NCBI GenBank assembly: GCA_903844215.1
Contig: CAIMSP010000016.1
Location: 9,575-73,574, forward strand
Origin: an uncultured beta proteobacterium
GTDB lineage: Bacteria > Pseudomonadota > Gammaproteobacteria > Burkholderiales > Burkholderiaceae_C
DNA: 64,000 nt
Reading direction: 5' to 3'
Shown piece after piece: positions 11,377-21,098 of this stretch (position 1 is its first letter; every line of letters starts with the position of its first letter). The position numbers and the translations under genes are program-made. The notes beneath the pieces are model-generated. The model did not search any database and was not told the origin of the DNA. It worked only from the letters and a program-made list of their open reading frames with translations.

Positions 11377-12798
11377 ATGAATTCACCCTTGAACAACGAC
11401 CTGATCGAGAACTTCACCTACGACGAAATCAGACTCGGCCAAAGCGCGCGCCTGCTGCGCACCTTGACCCTGGCCGATATCGAGGCCTTCGCCGCCGTCT
11501 CGGGCGACACCAATCCCGCGCATACCGACCCCGAATTTGCCAACGACACGCTGTACCACGGCGTCGTGGCGCACGGCATGTGGGGTGGGGCGCTGATTTC
11601 GGCCCTGCTGGGGACCAAGTTTCCCGGTCATGGAACGATTTATCTGGACCAGGTGCTGCACTTCGTCAAACCGGTGCACGTGGGCGACACGGTCACGGTC
11701 ACGGCGATGGTGCAGAGCAAGGACGACACGCGCAAGAGCGTCGAACTCGATTGCCAGGTGCTGAACCAAAAGGGCGAGCGTGTGCTGCACGGCACCGCCC
11801 GGGTGCTGGCACCCGAGCAGAAAGTGCGCTTGCCGCGCGTGCATGCGCCCAGGATTCAGCTGTTCGATCCGCAGGCGCGGTTCCAGGACCTGCTGGCGCT
11901 GGGCCAGCATCTGGCGGCGGTGCGTTGCGCGGTGGTGCATCCCTGCGACCTGGAGTCGCTCAGCGGCGCCATGGATTCGGCGGGCCACGGCCTCATCGTG
12001 CCGGTGCTGATCGGGCCCGAGGCGCGCATTCGCAAGCTCGCCGCGGAATCGGGAATCGATCTGAACGGGGCCGAGTTCGTGTCTGAACCGCACAGCCACG
12101 CGGGCGCTGAGCGCGCCGCCGAGATGGCCGCCAGCGGCGCCGTCGAAATCATCATGAAGGGCAGCCTGCACACCGACGAGTTGATCGTGGCCGTGCTCAA
12201 ACGGGCCGAGCTGCGCACCGGGCGCCGCATGTCGCACGTGTTTCGCTTTGACGTTCCGCTGTACAGCAAGCCTTTGCTCATCACCGATGCGGCGCTGAAC
12301 ATTCGCCCCAGCCTGCAAGAGAAGGTGGACATCATCCAGAACGCCATCGACTTCGCGCGCATCATGGGCGTGGATGTGCCCAAGGTGGCGATCCTGTCGG
12401 CCGTGGAGACCGTGAACCCCAGCATCCCTTCCACGCTGGACGCGGCGGCGCTGTGCAAGATGGCCGAGCGTGGCCAGATCCGGGGCGGCATCCTGGACGG
12501 CCCGCTGGCCTTTGACAACGCCATTTCGGCGCACGCCGCGCAGATCAAGAAGATCGAATCCAAGGTCGCCGGTGACGCCGACATCCTGGCCGTGCCGGAC
12601 CTGGAGTCGGGCAATATGCTGGCCAAGCAACTGGAGTATCTGGCTGGTGCCAGCGGCTCGGGTCTGGTGCTGGGCGCGCGCGTTCCCATCGCGCTGACCA
12701 GTCGTGCCGACGGCCCGATGAACCGGGTCGCTTCGGCCTTGCTGGCCAAGCTGGCGGCGCACGATGCGCGGCGCAGCCAACTGCGCGCACAGCAGTAG
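11377..12798 (+). CDS. Bifunctional MaoC-like enoyl-CoA hydratase / phosphate acetyl(butyryl)transferase
   Basis: The N-terminal hot-dog/MaoC region contains SGDTNPAHTD. The C-terminal PTA_PTB region contains VHPCD...IMKGSLHTD...GARVPIALTSRAD. ackA lies directly downstream. Confidence 0.85.
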   Translation: MNSPLNNDLIENFTYDEIRLGQSARLLRTLTLADIEAFAAVSGDTNPAHTDPEFANDTLYHGVVAHGMWGGALISALLGTKFPGHGTIYLDQVLHFVKPVHVGDTVTVTAMVQSKDDTRKSVELDCQVLNQKGERVLHGTARVLAPEQKVRLPRVHAPRIQLFDPQARFQDLLALGQHLAAVRCAVVHPCDLESLSGAMDSAGHGLIVPVLIGPEARIRKLAAESGIDLNGAEFVSEPHSHAGAERAAEMAASGAVEIIMKGSLHTDELIVAVLKRAELRTGRRMSHVFRFDVPLYSKPLLITDAALNIRPSLQEKVDIIQNAIDFARIMGVDVPKVAILSAVETVNPSIPSTLDAAALCKMAERGQIRGGILDGPLAFDNAISAHAAQIKKIESKVAGDADILAVPDLESGNMLAKQLEYLAGASGSGLVLGARVPIALTSRADGPMNRVASALLAKLAAHDARRSQLRAQQ

Positions 12799-12807
12799 CC
12801 CGCGCCC

Positions 12808-13995
12808 ATGGCCATCCTCGCCGTCAACGTCGGCTCCTCCACGCTGAAATTTTCCATCCACCCGCGCCAGGGTGATCAAGTCCAGGCCCGCGTCTTCAGT
12901 GGCAGCATTCAAGGCCTTGAGCCCGGTGGTGCACCTCTGATGGAATGGGAATTCCGCGGGCAGCGCCAGAACCGGCCACTGCCGTCCAGCGCCAGCGATC
13001 CTTTCGGGCAGGCGCTGCGCAGCCTGAGTGAGCTGCTCGGCACGGAGCCGGCCTTGCCCGCCATCGAAGCCGTGGCGCACCGCGTGGTGCACGGCGGGCG
13101 CGACTTCAGCGCCAGCGTGCTCGTCAGCGCCGACGTTTTGCAGCGCCTCGCCCGCCTCAATTCGCTGGCGCCGCTGCACCAGCCGCACAATTTGCAAGGC
13201 ATCCGCGCGTTTCAAAAGGCCTTTCCCGACCTGCCCCAGGTGGCGTGTTTTGACACCGCGTTTCACGCCAGCCTGGCCGAGATCGATTACGCGTTTGCCC
13301 TGCCGCAAGAGCTGGCCGATCAGGGTCTGCGCCGTTATGGCTTTCACGGCCTGTCCTACCAGTACGTGATGGGCGTGCTGCAACAGCGCAGCGCGCGGGC
13401 TGGTGGACGGGTGCTCATGGCCCATCTGGGCAACGGCGCCAGTCTGTGCGCGGCCTTGGGCGGGCGCAGCCACGCCACCACCATGGGGTTTTCCGCGCTG
13501 GATGGGCTGATGATGGGGACGCGCACCGGTACGCTCGATCCCGGCGTGCTGCTCTACCTGCTGGAGCAAGGCTGGGATCACGCCCGGCTGGAGCGCCTGC
13601 TCTACCGGCAAAGCGGCTTGCTCGGCGTCTCCGGCATCTCGGCCGACATGCGCACGCTGCGCGCTGACGGCAGCGCGCAAGCGCAGCGCGCCATCGACCT
13701 GTTCACGCGCCGCGTGGTGCGCGAGTCAGGGGCGCTGGTGGCATGCGTGGGCGGGCTGGACCTGATCGCCTTCAGCGGCGGCATCGGCGAGCACGACGCC
13801 ACCTTGCGCGCCCAGGTTGGCGCACAACTGGGCTGGCTGGGCGTGGTCGTGGACGAGGCGCTGAACCAGCAGGCCACGGGCAGCGAGGTCCTGGCCATTC
13901 ATGCTCCGCAAAGCCGCGTCCAGGTCTGGGTCATTCCCACCGATGAAGGCCTGGTTGCAGCGCAGGAAGCGGCACGGTTGATCTCAACCCACTGA
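12808..13995 (+). CDS. ackA: Acetate kinase
   Basis: 395 aa. Motifs: ILAVNVGSSTLKF, HRVVHGG, GFHGLSY, and IAFSGGIGEHD. Confidence 0.9.
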   Translation: MAILAVNVGSSTLKFSIHPRQGDQVQARVFSGSIQGLEPGGAPLMEWEFRGQRQNRPLPSSASDPFGQALRSLSELLGTEPALPAIEAVAHRVVHGGRDFSASVLVSADVLQRLARLNSLAPLHQPHNLQGIRAFQKAFPDLPQVACFDTAFHASLAEIDYAFALPQELADQGLRRYGFHGLSYQYVMGVLQQRSARAGGRVLMAHLGNGASLCAALGGRSHATTMGFSALDGLMMGTRTGTLDPGVLLYLLEQGWDHARLERLLYRQSGLLGVSGISADMRTLRADGSAQAQRAIDLFTRRVVRESGALVACVGGLDLIAFSGGIGEHDATLRAQVGAQLGWLGVVVDEALNQQATGSEVLAIHAPQSRVQVWVIPTDEGLVAAQEAARLISTH

Positions 13996-14000
13996 GCGCA

Positions 14001-14339
14001 TCAGACTCCGGATACTTCAACGCACGCCTGGGCCTGAGTCAACAGCGCGTCTTCGATGACTGGTCGACCATCGAGAAGGAGCTTGAGAGTGGCTGCGCGG
14101 GACAGGTTTTGCGTTCTGAGCCAAATGACCTGGGGCGGCTGGCCCCAAACCAGCGAAAGCTCTTCAAAATCCGCATCACGCGTGACGATGACAAAACCTT
14201 GATCCCTCGCGAATTGCCAGACTTGGGTGTCCGATGCGGCGCCGAGACCCTCCAGTGCGACTTGGGTACTCCCCGGCTCGTCGGGCTGAAGGAACGGCAG
14301 CAATCGCCGCGATAAATTTTCGTCCAGCAGCAACTTCAT
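14001..14339 (-). CDS. DUF5615-type PIN-like (Mut7-C-like) putative toxin
   Basis: The sequence MKLLLDENLSRRL...VIVTRDADF is typical of DUF5615 partners of DUF433. The ATG is at 14337-14339. Confidence 0.6.
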   Translation of the reverse strand: MKLLLDENLSRRLLPFLQPDEPGSTQVALEGLGAASDTQVWQFARDQGFVIVTRDADFEELSLVWGQPPQVIWLRTQNLSRAATLKLLLDGRPVIEDALLTQAQACVEVSGV

Positions 14340-14432
14340 TGCATACACGGTAATGCGCAAGCCCCTTATGCAGGGCCGACCGCCCCGCTTTCCCGGCACC
14401 AACGTCATTCTGCTCATGCTTGCATTTCTCAT
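14340..14432 (-). pseudogene. Truncated DUF433 antitoxin-like remnant fused in frame to the DUF5615 gene
   Basis: Only the N-terminal core GKRGGRPCIRGLRITV (compare the DUF433 G-K-P-C-I-R-G-T-R-I motif) is present. The expected C-terminal helix-turn-helix half is missing. Confidence 0.45.
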
Positions 14433-14551
14433 CTTTTGTCAAACGACGATTTTCACCACTTCACGCCGAAATCGGATGCGGGAAGTGTCATGTCCCAGGG
14501 CCAGAGAATGCCTTGGTGCAGCCATCGCTCGAGCGCAGGCAAAATGTCTGC

Positions 14552-17377
14552 ATGAGCGACACCCCCATCCCATCACCCAAAAAGACCCTGCTGCTGGTTG
14601 ACGGCTCCAGCTACCTGTACCGCGCGTTTCATGCCATGCCCGATTTGCGCGCCGTGCCGGGCGACCCCCAGAGTGCGCCCACGGGCGCGATCCGCGGCAT
14701 GATCAACATGCTGCAAAAGCTGCGCAAGGACCAGCCGGCCGATTACGCCGCCTGCGTGTTCGACGCCAAGGGGCCGACCTTTCGGGACGCGATCTACCCC
14801 GAGTACAAGGGCCACCGCTCGCCCATGCCCGACGACCTGAGAGCGCAGATCGCGCCGATCCACGAAGTGGTGCGCCTGATGGGTTGGACGGTGCTCGACG
14901 TTCCCGGCGTGGAAGCGGATGACGTGATCGGCACGCTGGCCGTGACCGCCGCGCGCCAGGGCATCGAAGTCGTGGTGTCCAGCGGCGACAAGGATCTGGC
15001 GCAACTGGTGGACGAGCACATCACCATCATCGACACCATGAACGGGCGCCGACGCGATCTGGCTGGTGTGCAGGAGGAGTTTGGCGTGCCGGCGCGACTC
15101 ATGGTGGACTACCAGGCGCTGGTGGGCGACGCGGTGGACAACGTGCCCGGCGTGCCCAAGGTGGGCCCCAAGACCGCCGCCAAGTGGCTGCAGGAATACG
15201 GCTCGCTCGACGCCATCGTGGCGAATGCCGACAAAATCGGCGGCGCGGTGGGCGAGAACTTGCGCAAGTCGCTGGACTGGCTGCCCACCGGGCGCGCGCT
15301 GCTCACGGTCAAGACCGATTGCGATCTGGACGGCTACATGCCCGGCCTGCCGCTGCTCGATTCGATCGCGCCCAGTGCCATGCGCAACGCCGAACTGAAG
15401 GCCTTTTACGAGATGTACGGCTTCAAGGGGCTGGCGCAGGCGATCGGTGGCGCGGCCGAACCCGAGCCCGTAAAGGCGCGCGCCAAGAAAGCAGATGCCC
15501 CGAACCCGAACGAGCCTGGACTGTTCGACGAACCCGAAACCTCAGACGCTCCGTTGGCTCCCGCAGTGATCAGCACGCTGGCCTACGACACCGTCCTCAC
15601 CTGGGACGCCTTCGACGCCTGGATGACGAAAATCGAGGCGGCCGAGTTGGTGGCGCTGGACACCGAGACCACTTCGCTGGACGAGATGCGCGCCGAGATC
15701 GTCGGCCTGAGCTTCAGTGTCACGCCGGGCGAGGCGGCCTACATCCCGCTGGCGCACCGCTACCCGGACGCGCCCGAGCAGTTGCCGCGCGAACAAGTGC
15801 TCTCGCGCCTGAAGCCCTGGCTGGAGAATGGTCAACGAGCCAAGCTGGGCCAGCACGTCAAGTACGACCGCCATGTGTTTGCGAACCACGGCATCGAGGT
15901 GCAGGGCTACGCGCACGACACCATGCTGCAAAGCTATGTGCTCGAAGTGCACAAGCCGCATGGCTTGGCCAGTCTGGCGTTGCGCCATCTGGAACGCAGC
16001 GGCATCAGCTTTGAAGACCTGTGCGGCAAGGGCGCGCACCAGATCTGTTTCGACCAGGTTGATATTGCCAAGGCGGCGGTTTATTCCTGCGAAGACTCGG
16101 ACATGACACTGGACGTGCACCGCATCCTGTGGCCGCAACTGCAGGCCGACGACAAGCTCAATTTCATCTATCAATTGGAGATCCAGAGCAGCGAAGCCCT
16201 GTACCGCATCGAGCGCAATGGCGTGCTGATCGACGCGCCGCTGCTCGCCACGCAAAGCCACGAACTGGGCCAGCGCATCCTGCAATTGGAGACCGAGGCG
16301 CACGCCCTCGCGGGCCAGCCCTTCAACCTGTCAAGCCCGAAGCAGATCGGTGAAATTTTCTTCACGCAACTGGGCTTTCCGGTGGTGAAGAAGACCGCCA
16401 CCGGCGCACCCAGCACCGACGAGGAAGTGCTGGAAAAGCTGGCCGAAGACTATCCGCTGCCGGCCAAGATCCTGGAGCACCGCGGCCTGTCCAAGCTCAA
16501 GGGAACCTACACCGACAAGTTGGCGCAGCTGGCGCATCCGCGCACGGGCAGGGTGCACACCCATTACGCGCAGGCCGTGGCCGTGACCGGGCGTTTGAGC
16601 AGCAACGACCCGAATCTGCAGAACATTCCGATCCGCACGGCCGAAGGGCGGCGTGTGCGCGAGGCCTTTGTCGCGCCGCCGGGCTGCCTCATCGCCAGCG
16701 CCGACTATTCGCAGATCGAGCTGCGCATCATGGCGCACATCAGCGGCGACGCGGCGCTGCTGCTGGCCTTTCACGACGGCATGGACGTGCACCGCGCGAC
16801 CGCAGCCGAGGTGTTTGGCATCGCCACGCACGAGGTCTCAAGCGAGCAGCGGCGCTACGCCAAGGTCATCAACTTCGGCCTGATCTACGGCATGAGCGCC
16901 TACGGTCTGGCGCGCAGCCTGGGGATCGACAACACGGCGGCGAAGAACTTCGTCGAGCGCTATTTCGATCGCTATCCGGGCGTGAAGCGCTACATGGATT
17001 CCACGCGCCAACTGGCCAAGGCGCAGGGCTACGTGGAGACGGTTTTTGGTCGGCGCCTGTACCTGCCGGAGATCAATTCACCCAACGGCCCGCGGCGCAG
17101 CGGCGCCGAGCGCGCCGCCATCAATGCGCCGATGCAGGGCACGGCGGCGGATCTGATCAAGCTCAGCATGGTCAAGGTGCAGCAGGTGCTGGACGCCGAA
17201 CACCGCAGAACCAAAATGATCATGCAGGTGCACGACGAGTTGGTGTTCGAGGTGCCCGAAGCGGAAGTGGCCTGGCTCAAGTCCGAGATCCCGCGCCTGA
17301 TGGCCGGTGTCGCGCACCTGAAGGTGCCGCTGCTGGCCGAGGTGGGTGTGGGCAAAAACTGGGATCAGGCGCATTGA
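14552..17377 (+). CDS. polA: DNA polymerase I
   Basis: The 5' nuclease region contains LLLVDGSSYLYRAF and the 3'-5' exonuclease region contains ALDTETTSLD. The polymerase motifs are DYSQIELR, RRYAKVINFGLIYG and QVHDELVFE. The start was chosen at MSDTPIP (14552). Confidence 0.95.
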   Translation: MSDTPIPSPKKTLLLVDGSSYLYRAFHAMPDLRAVPGDPQSAPTGAIRGMINMLQKLRKDQPADYAACVFDAKGPTFRDAIYPEYKGHRSPMPDDLRAQIAPIHEVVRLMGWTVLDVPGVEADDVIGTLAVTAARQGIEVVVSSGDKDLAQLVDEHITIIDTMNGRRRDLAGVQEEFGVPARLMVDYQALVGDAVDNVPGVPKVGPKTAAKWLQEYGSLDAIVANADKIGGAVGENLRKSLDWLPTGRALLTVKTDCDLDGYMPGLPLLDSIAPSAMRNAELKAFYEMYGFKGLAQAIGGAAEPEPVKARAKKADAPNPNEPGLFDEPETSDAPLAPAVISTLAYDTVLTWDAFDAWMTKIEAAELVALDTETTSLDEMRAEIVGLSFSVTPGEAAYIPLAHRYPDAPEQLPREQVLSRLKPWLENGQRAKLGQHVKYDRHVFANHGIEVQGYAHDTMLQSYVLEVHKPHGLASLALRHLERSGISFEDLCGKGAHQICFDQVDIAKAAVYSCEDSDMTLDVHRILWPQLQADDKLNFIYQLEIQSSEALYRIERNGVLIDAPLLATQSHELGQRILQLETEAHALAGQPFNLSSPKQIGEIFFTQLGFPVVKKTATGAPSTDEEVLEKLAEDYPLPAKILEHRGLSKLKGTYTDKLAQLAHPRTGRVHTHYAQAVAVTGRLSSNDPNLQNIPIRTAEGRRVREAFVAPPGCLIASADYSQIELRIMAHISGDAALLLAFHDGMDVHRATAAEVFGIATHEVSSEQRRYAKVINFGLIYGMSAYGLARSLGIDNTAAKNFVERYFDRYPGVKRYMDSTRQLAKAQGYVETVFGRRLYLPEINSPNGPRRSGAERAAINAPMQGTAADLIKLSMVKVQQVLDAEHRRTKMIMQVHDELVFEVPEAEVAWLKSEIPRLMAGVAHLKVPLLAEVGVGKNWDQAH

Positions 17378-17506
17378 GATTTTCGAGTCGGGGCGCATCG
17401 GCGCCTGCGCGAGCATGCGCCGTCGCGCCCACGTGCAAAGTACGACAGGCTGCTAGACTGGCAGGCTGACTTCTGCCCCACAACCCCGATTCGTCGGAAA
17501 GACCCC

Positions 17507-18301
17507 ATGACCTTGTTCGCCATTCTTTTGGCCACGCTCGCCGCCGGCATCGGCAGCGTCTGGCTGGCCGCCGCCCTGAGCTTTGGCGTGCTGGCGCGCT
17601 ACACCCAGCACATGCTCAGCCTGGCCGCCGGTGCGCTGCTGGCCACGGCCTTCATGCACCTGCTGCCGGAAGCCTTCGAAAGCCAGGCCGGCGCCAAGGA
17701 GCTGTTCACGGCGCTGCTGCTGGGGCTGGTGTTCTTCTTCCTGCTGGACAAGGCCGAGTTGTGGCACCACGGGCACGAACACCACCATTCGCAGCCGCAC
17801 CACGACGAGGCGGCGGGCCACGCCGGTCACGGCCACGCGCACGCCGCCAAGCCGGGAAGCTGGGCCGTGCTCACCGGCGACAGCTTGCATGCCTTTGGCG
17901 ACGGCATCCTGATCGCCTCGGCCTTTGTCGCCGATTTTCGCCTGGGCGCGATCACGGCCGTGGCGGTGCTGGCGCACGAGGTGCCGCACCACATGGGCGA
18001 CCTGGTGGTGTTGCGTGGCGGTAGTGGCAACCAGCGCATGGCGCTGGTGAAGGTCTCCATGGCCGGGGCCGTGACGGCGCTGGGCGGTCTGGTCGGCTAT
18101 GTTCTGGTGGACGCCTTGCAGGATTTCCTGCCCTATTTTCTGGTCGTGGCCTCCAGCAGTTTTGTCTATGTGGCGCTGGCCGATTTGATCCCGCAACTGC
18201 AAAAGCGCCTCACGGCGCGCGAGACCACGGCGCAAATCGCCTGGTTGGCCGTGGGCATCGCGCTGGTCACGCTGGTCAGCGGCGCGGCGCATTCGCACTG
18301 A
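17507..18301 (+). CDS. ZIP family divalent metal (zinc) transporter
   Basis: 264 aa and polytopic. A His-rich loop (HHGHEHHHSQPHHDEAAGHAGHGHAH) and HEVPHHMGD are present. Confidence 0.85.
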   Translation: MTLFAILLATLAAGIGSVWLAAALSFGVLARYTQHMLSLAAGALLATAFMHLLPEAFESQAGAKELFTALLLGLVFFFLLDKAELWHHGHEHHHSQPHHDEAAGHAGHGHAHAAKPGSWAVLTGDSLHAFGDGILIASAFVADFRLGAITAVAVLAHEVPHHMGDLVVLRGGSGNQRMALVKVSMAGAVTALGGLVGYVLVDALQDFLPYFLVVASSSFVYVALADLIPQLQKRLTARETTAQIAWLAVGIALVTLVSGAAHSH

Positions 18302-18396
18302 GCGCCCGGTCAAGGTTCAGGCCGCGGCGGCGCAGCGCGCCGCGTCATGAAAGTTCGTTTTTTTCACGTTAAGCTCATCCATTTTCGAGATTCATC

Positions 18397-19443
18397 ATGT
18401 CCATCACCCCCGCTCTGACGCCCGTCTCCCCGCTCTATGACATCTACGGCCTGGGCAATGCGCTGGTGGACAAGGAGTTCCTGGTGCACGACGAGTTCTT
18501 GCAGGCCCAGGGCATCGCCAAGGGCTCGATGACGCTGATCGACGAGCCGCGCCTGGTGAGCCTGCTGGCCGAGCTGCGCCGCGAGTTCGGCCTCAAGGGC
18601 CGCGCCAGCGGCGGCTCGGCGGCCAACACCGTGGTCACGGCGAGCTACTTTGGCAGCCGCGCGTTTTACTCCTGCCGCGTCGGCGCGGACGAGGCGGGCG
18701 CCTTCTATCTGGCCGACCTGAGCGCCGCCGGCGTGGCCACCAATCCGCGTCGCGACGCCGACAGCGCGGCGCCCGGAATGACCGGGCGCTGCCTGGTGCT
18801 GATCACCGACGACGCCGAGCGCACGATGAACACCTTTTTGGGCATCACCAGCGATTTGTCGCACGAGGAAATCGACTTCGACGCGCTGGCGGCATCGCGC
18901 CTGCTCTACATCGAGGGATATCTGGTCACCTCGCCCAGCGGGCGCGCCGCCGCGGTGCGCGCCAAGGCCTTTGCGCGCGAGCGCGGCATCGAGATCGCCT
19001 ACACGCTGTCGGACTCCAGCATGCTGCAATACTTTGGCGAGGGGGTGGCGCAGATCCTGGGTCAGGACGGAGTGGACCTGCTGTTTTGCAACGAGGCCGA
19101 GGCGCTGCAGTGGTCGGGTCAGGCCAGCGTCAGCGCCGCCGCTCACGCTTTGAAACAAGTTGCACGGCGCTTTTGCATTACCCTTGGCGCGCGCGGCGCG
19201 CTGGTATTTGACGGCGAGAATTTTCTGGACATCGCGGCCCACCCGGTGACGCCACTGGACAGCAACGGCGCGGGCGACGTTTTTGCCGGCGCCTTCTTGC
19301 ACGCCTACGCCGCCGGACTGGGTTGCCAGCGCGCCGGCGATCTGGCCAGCCTGGCCTCGGCGCGCTGCGTGACGCAGTTTGGCCCGCGCTTGCCGGCGCG
19401 GGCGCATGGCGAAATTCGGGCGCAGGTGCTGGGTGCGCTGTGA
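18397..19443 (+). CDS. PfkB family sugar/nucleoside kinase (adenosine kinase-like)
   Basis: 348 aa. The GGSAANT and DSNGAGDVFAGAF PfkB signatures are present. Confidence 0.8.
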   Translation: MSITPALTPVSPLYDIYGLGNALVDKEFLVHDEFLQAQGIAKGSMTLIDEPRLVSLLAELRREFGLKGRASGGSAANTVVTASYFGSRAFYSCRVGADEAGAFYLADLSAAGVATNPRRDADSAAPGMTGRCLVLITDDAERTMNTFLGITSDLSHEEIDFDALAASRLLYIEGYLVTSPSGRAAAVRAKAFARERGIEIAYTLSDSSMLQYFGEGVAQILGQDGVDLLFCNEAEALQWSGQASVSAAAHALKQVARRFCITLGARGALVFDGENFLDIAAHPVTPLDSNGAGDVFAGAFLHAYAAGLGCQRAGDLASLASARCVTQFGPRLPARAHGEIRAQVLGAL

Positions 19444-19541
19444 TTGAAGTGTGAGCGCCTTGGCCTGGCGCTGTGGCGGTTTCCTAGCCGGAGATTGATG
19501 GTAGAGTTTGCTTGTTGTTTTAATAACTTGCAAAGTCGCGA

Positions 19542-20273
19542 ATGGACCTACGCTGGACTTGGATGGTGGCTGGTGTGGCACTGCTGGCTGGGATGTTTCT
19601 CGGCCTGTTTGCCAGTGCCTGGTGGCAGGAGCGCATGGCGCTGGAGCGGCGCCGCGTTCCACGCGAGTCTCCCATCGTCAAGCGCGCGCTCGTGAACTCG
19701 CGAGAGAGGCTGGTTTTACGCTGGCTGCGCAAGACCTTCGACGAGCAGCTTGTGATGATCAAAATGCCGGTCACGCGTTTCACCATGCCGCTGGCCGAGG
19801 CGGATCGTGAGCAGTGGTTTAGTTTGCTGAGCGACGTCTATTGCACCTTCACCCTGGCCACGCCCAAGGGCAAAGTCATAGGCTGTGTGGACGTTCCCGG
19901 GTCCAAGGGCCTGTCGCCCAGCAACCTCAGGCTCAAGCGCAAGCTCTTTGCGCGCTGCGGCGTGCCGCACTGGGTGGTCCAGCCCGAAAACCTGCCCCAT
20001 TCCATGGAAATCTACGCGGCCTTCATGACGCAAGTGGACGAACTAGAGTTGGCCGCAGAGGCCTTGCGCTCAGGTGTCGCGCCAGGGGAACTGGAACGGG
20101 CGCGCGCCAATCTGCAGGCCGCCCTTTCCCGCAGGCGCAGCGCGCAGGGTGGCGCGCGCTTGCACCGAGCCGGGGGCGAGGACAGCCAGTTCACGGACAG
20201 CGTGCTGTGCACCGACTGGGCACCAGACTCATTCGCCGAGCCGCTGGACAGCCGACACTCCGAACTGTTGTGA
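19542..20273 (+). CDS. Membrane-anchored hypothetical protein (DUF2726-like nuclease-fold region, tentative)
   Basis: An N-terminal TM helix is followed by a region resembling DUF2726 (RERLVLRWLRKTF...VMIKMPVTRF...DVYCTFTL). The call is weak and made by eye only. Confidence 0.45.
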   Translation: MDLRWTWMVAGVALLAGMFLGLFASAWWQERMALERRRVPRESPIVKRALVNSRERLVLRWLRKTFDEQLVMIKMPVTRFTMPLAEADREQWFSLLSDVYCTFTLATPKGKVIGCVDVPGSKGLSPSNLRLKRKLFARCGVPHWVVQPENLPHSMEIYAAFMTQVDELELAAEALRSGVAPGELERARANLQAALSRRRSAQGGARLHRAGGEDSQFTDSVLCTDWAPDSFAEPLDSRHSELL

Positions 20274-20459
20274 GAGCCTGGGCGCCCGGCCTGTTTCAGT
20301 CGTCCTCCAGCCCCACAGCGCCGATCGAGCGCAGCGCTCAGCACCAAAGCCAGCGTGTCGCACCTGGCGCGAGCCGCCGGGATCAGGCAGTGTTTCGTCG
20401 CGTTCAGTGGCGCCGACGGTGTACATTGGCAGCACCTTCTTTGGCCCCTCAAGAACAGC

Positions 20460-21098
20460 ATGAACCAATCCCCCAATCTGGCCCGCCTGCGCGACTTCGT
20501 GCAGGCGCTGGCCGCGCTGCTGGAGCGCCAGCCCGGCGAACCGGATGTCATCGCGCAGGGCAGCGCGCTGCTGGCCCAACTCGTGGCGCACGACGACTGG
20601 CTGCCTGCTGCCTACGCCGAGCCGAAGCCGCAGCGCTATCAGCAGTATCTGCTGCACGCCGACGCGCTGGAGCGTTTTTCGGTGGTGAGTTTTGTCTGGG
20701 GTCCAGGGCAGTCCACGCCGATTCACAATCACACGGTCTGGGGCCTGATCGGCATGCTGCGCGGGGCCGAACTGGAACAGCCGTTCGCGTGCGCCAAGGA
20801 CGGGCGCTGGCTGCCCCTGGGTGGGCCGCACACGCTGCTGGCCGGGCAGGTGCAGGCGGTGTCGCCCGCGATCGGTGACGTGCACCGCGTGAGCAACGCG
20901 CTGGCAGACCAGGCCTCCATCAGCATCCACGTCTATGGCGCCAATATCGGCGCGGTGCAGCGTTCGGTGTTTCTGGAGGTCGGCACACGCAAGCCCTTTG
21001 TCTCCGGCTACAGCAACACCAGTCTGCCCAACCTGTGGGATCGCTCGGCCGAACTCAACGCCCAACGGCGGCCGACAACGAGCGCAGCTCTTGCATGA
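20460..21098 (+). CDS. Cysteine dioxygenase-like cupin protein
   Basis: It contains TPIHNHTVWGLIGMLRGAE ... GDVHRVSN ... SIHVYG, a pattern typical of bacterial CDO/3-mercaptopropionate dioxygenase-like proteins. Confidence 0.7.
   Translation: MNQSPNLARLRDFVQALAALLERQPGEPDVIAQGSALLAQLVAHDDWLPAAYAEPKPQRYQQYLLHADALERFSVVSFVWGPGQSTPIHNHTVWGLIGMLRGAELEQPFACAKDGRWLPLGGPHTLLAGQVQAVSPAIGDVHRVSNALADQASISIHVYGANIGAVQRSVFLEVGTRKPFVSGYSNTSLPNLWDRSAELNAQRRPTTSAALA

Noticed and set aside
11383-13680. A 765-aa ORF on the minus strand, the longest of many such ORFs in the six-frame track. Other examples are 32498-34363, 23272-25284, 21008-22765, 8925-9770, 469-1326 and 6692-7684.
   Set aside because: These lie exactly antisense to genes with unmistakable conserved motifs (pta/ackA, dnaX, the TonB receptor, rhodanese and others). 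Their translations are Arg/Ala/Gly/His-rich low-complexity sequence, and they are the expected stop-poor shadow frames of high-GC DNA.
17378-17506. A possible Zur box upstream of the ZIP transporter gene.
   Set aside because: The region is GC-rich and contains no AT-rich palindrome resembling GTTATAnTATAAC-type Zur operators.
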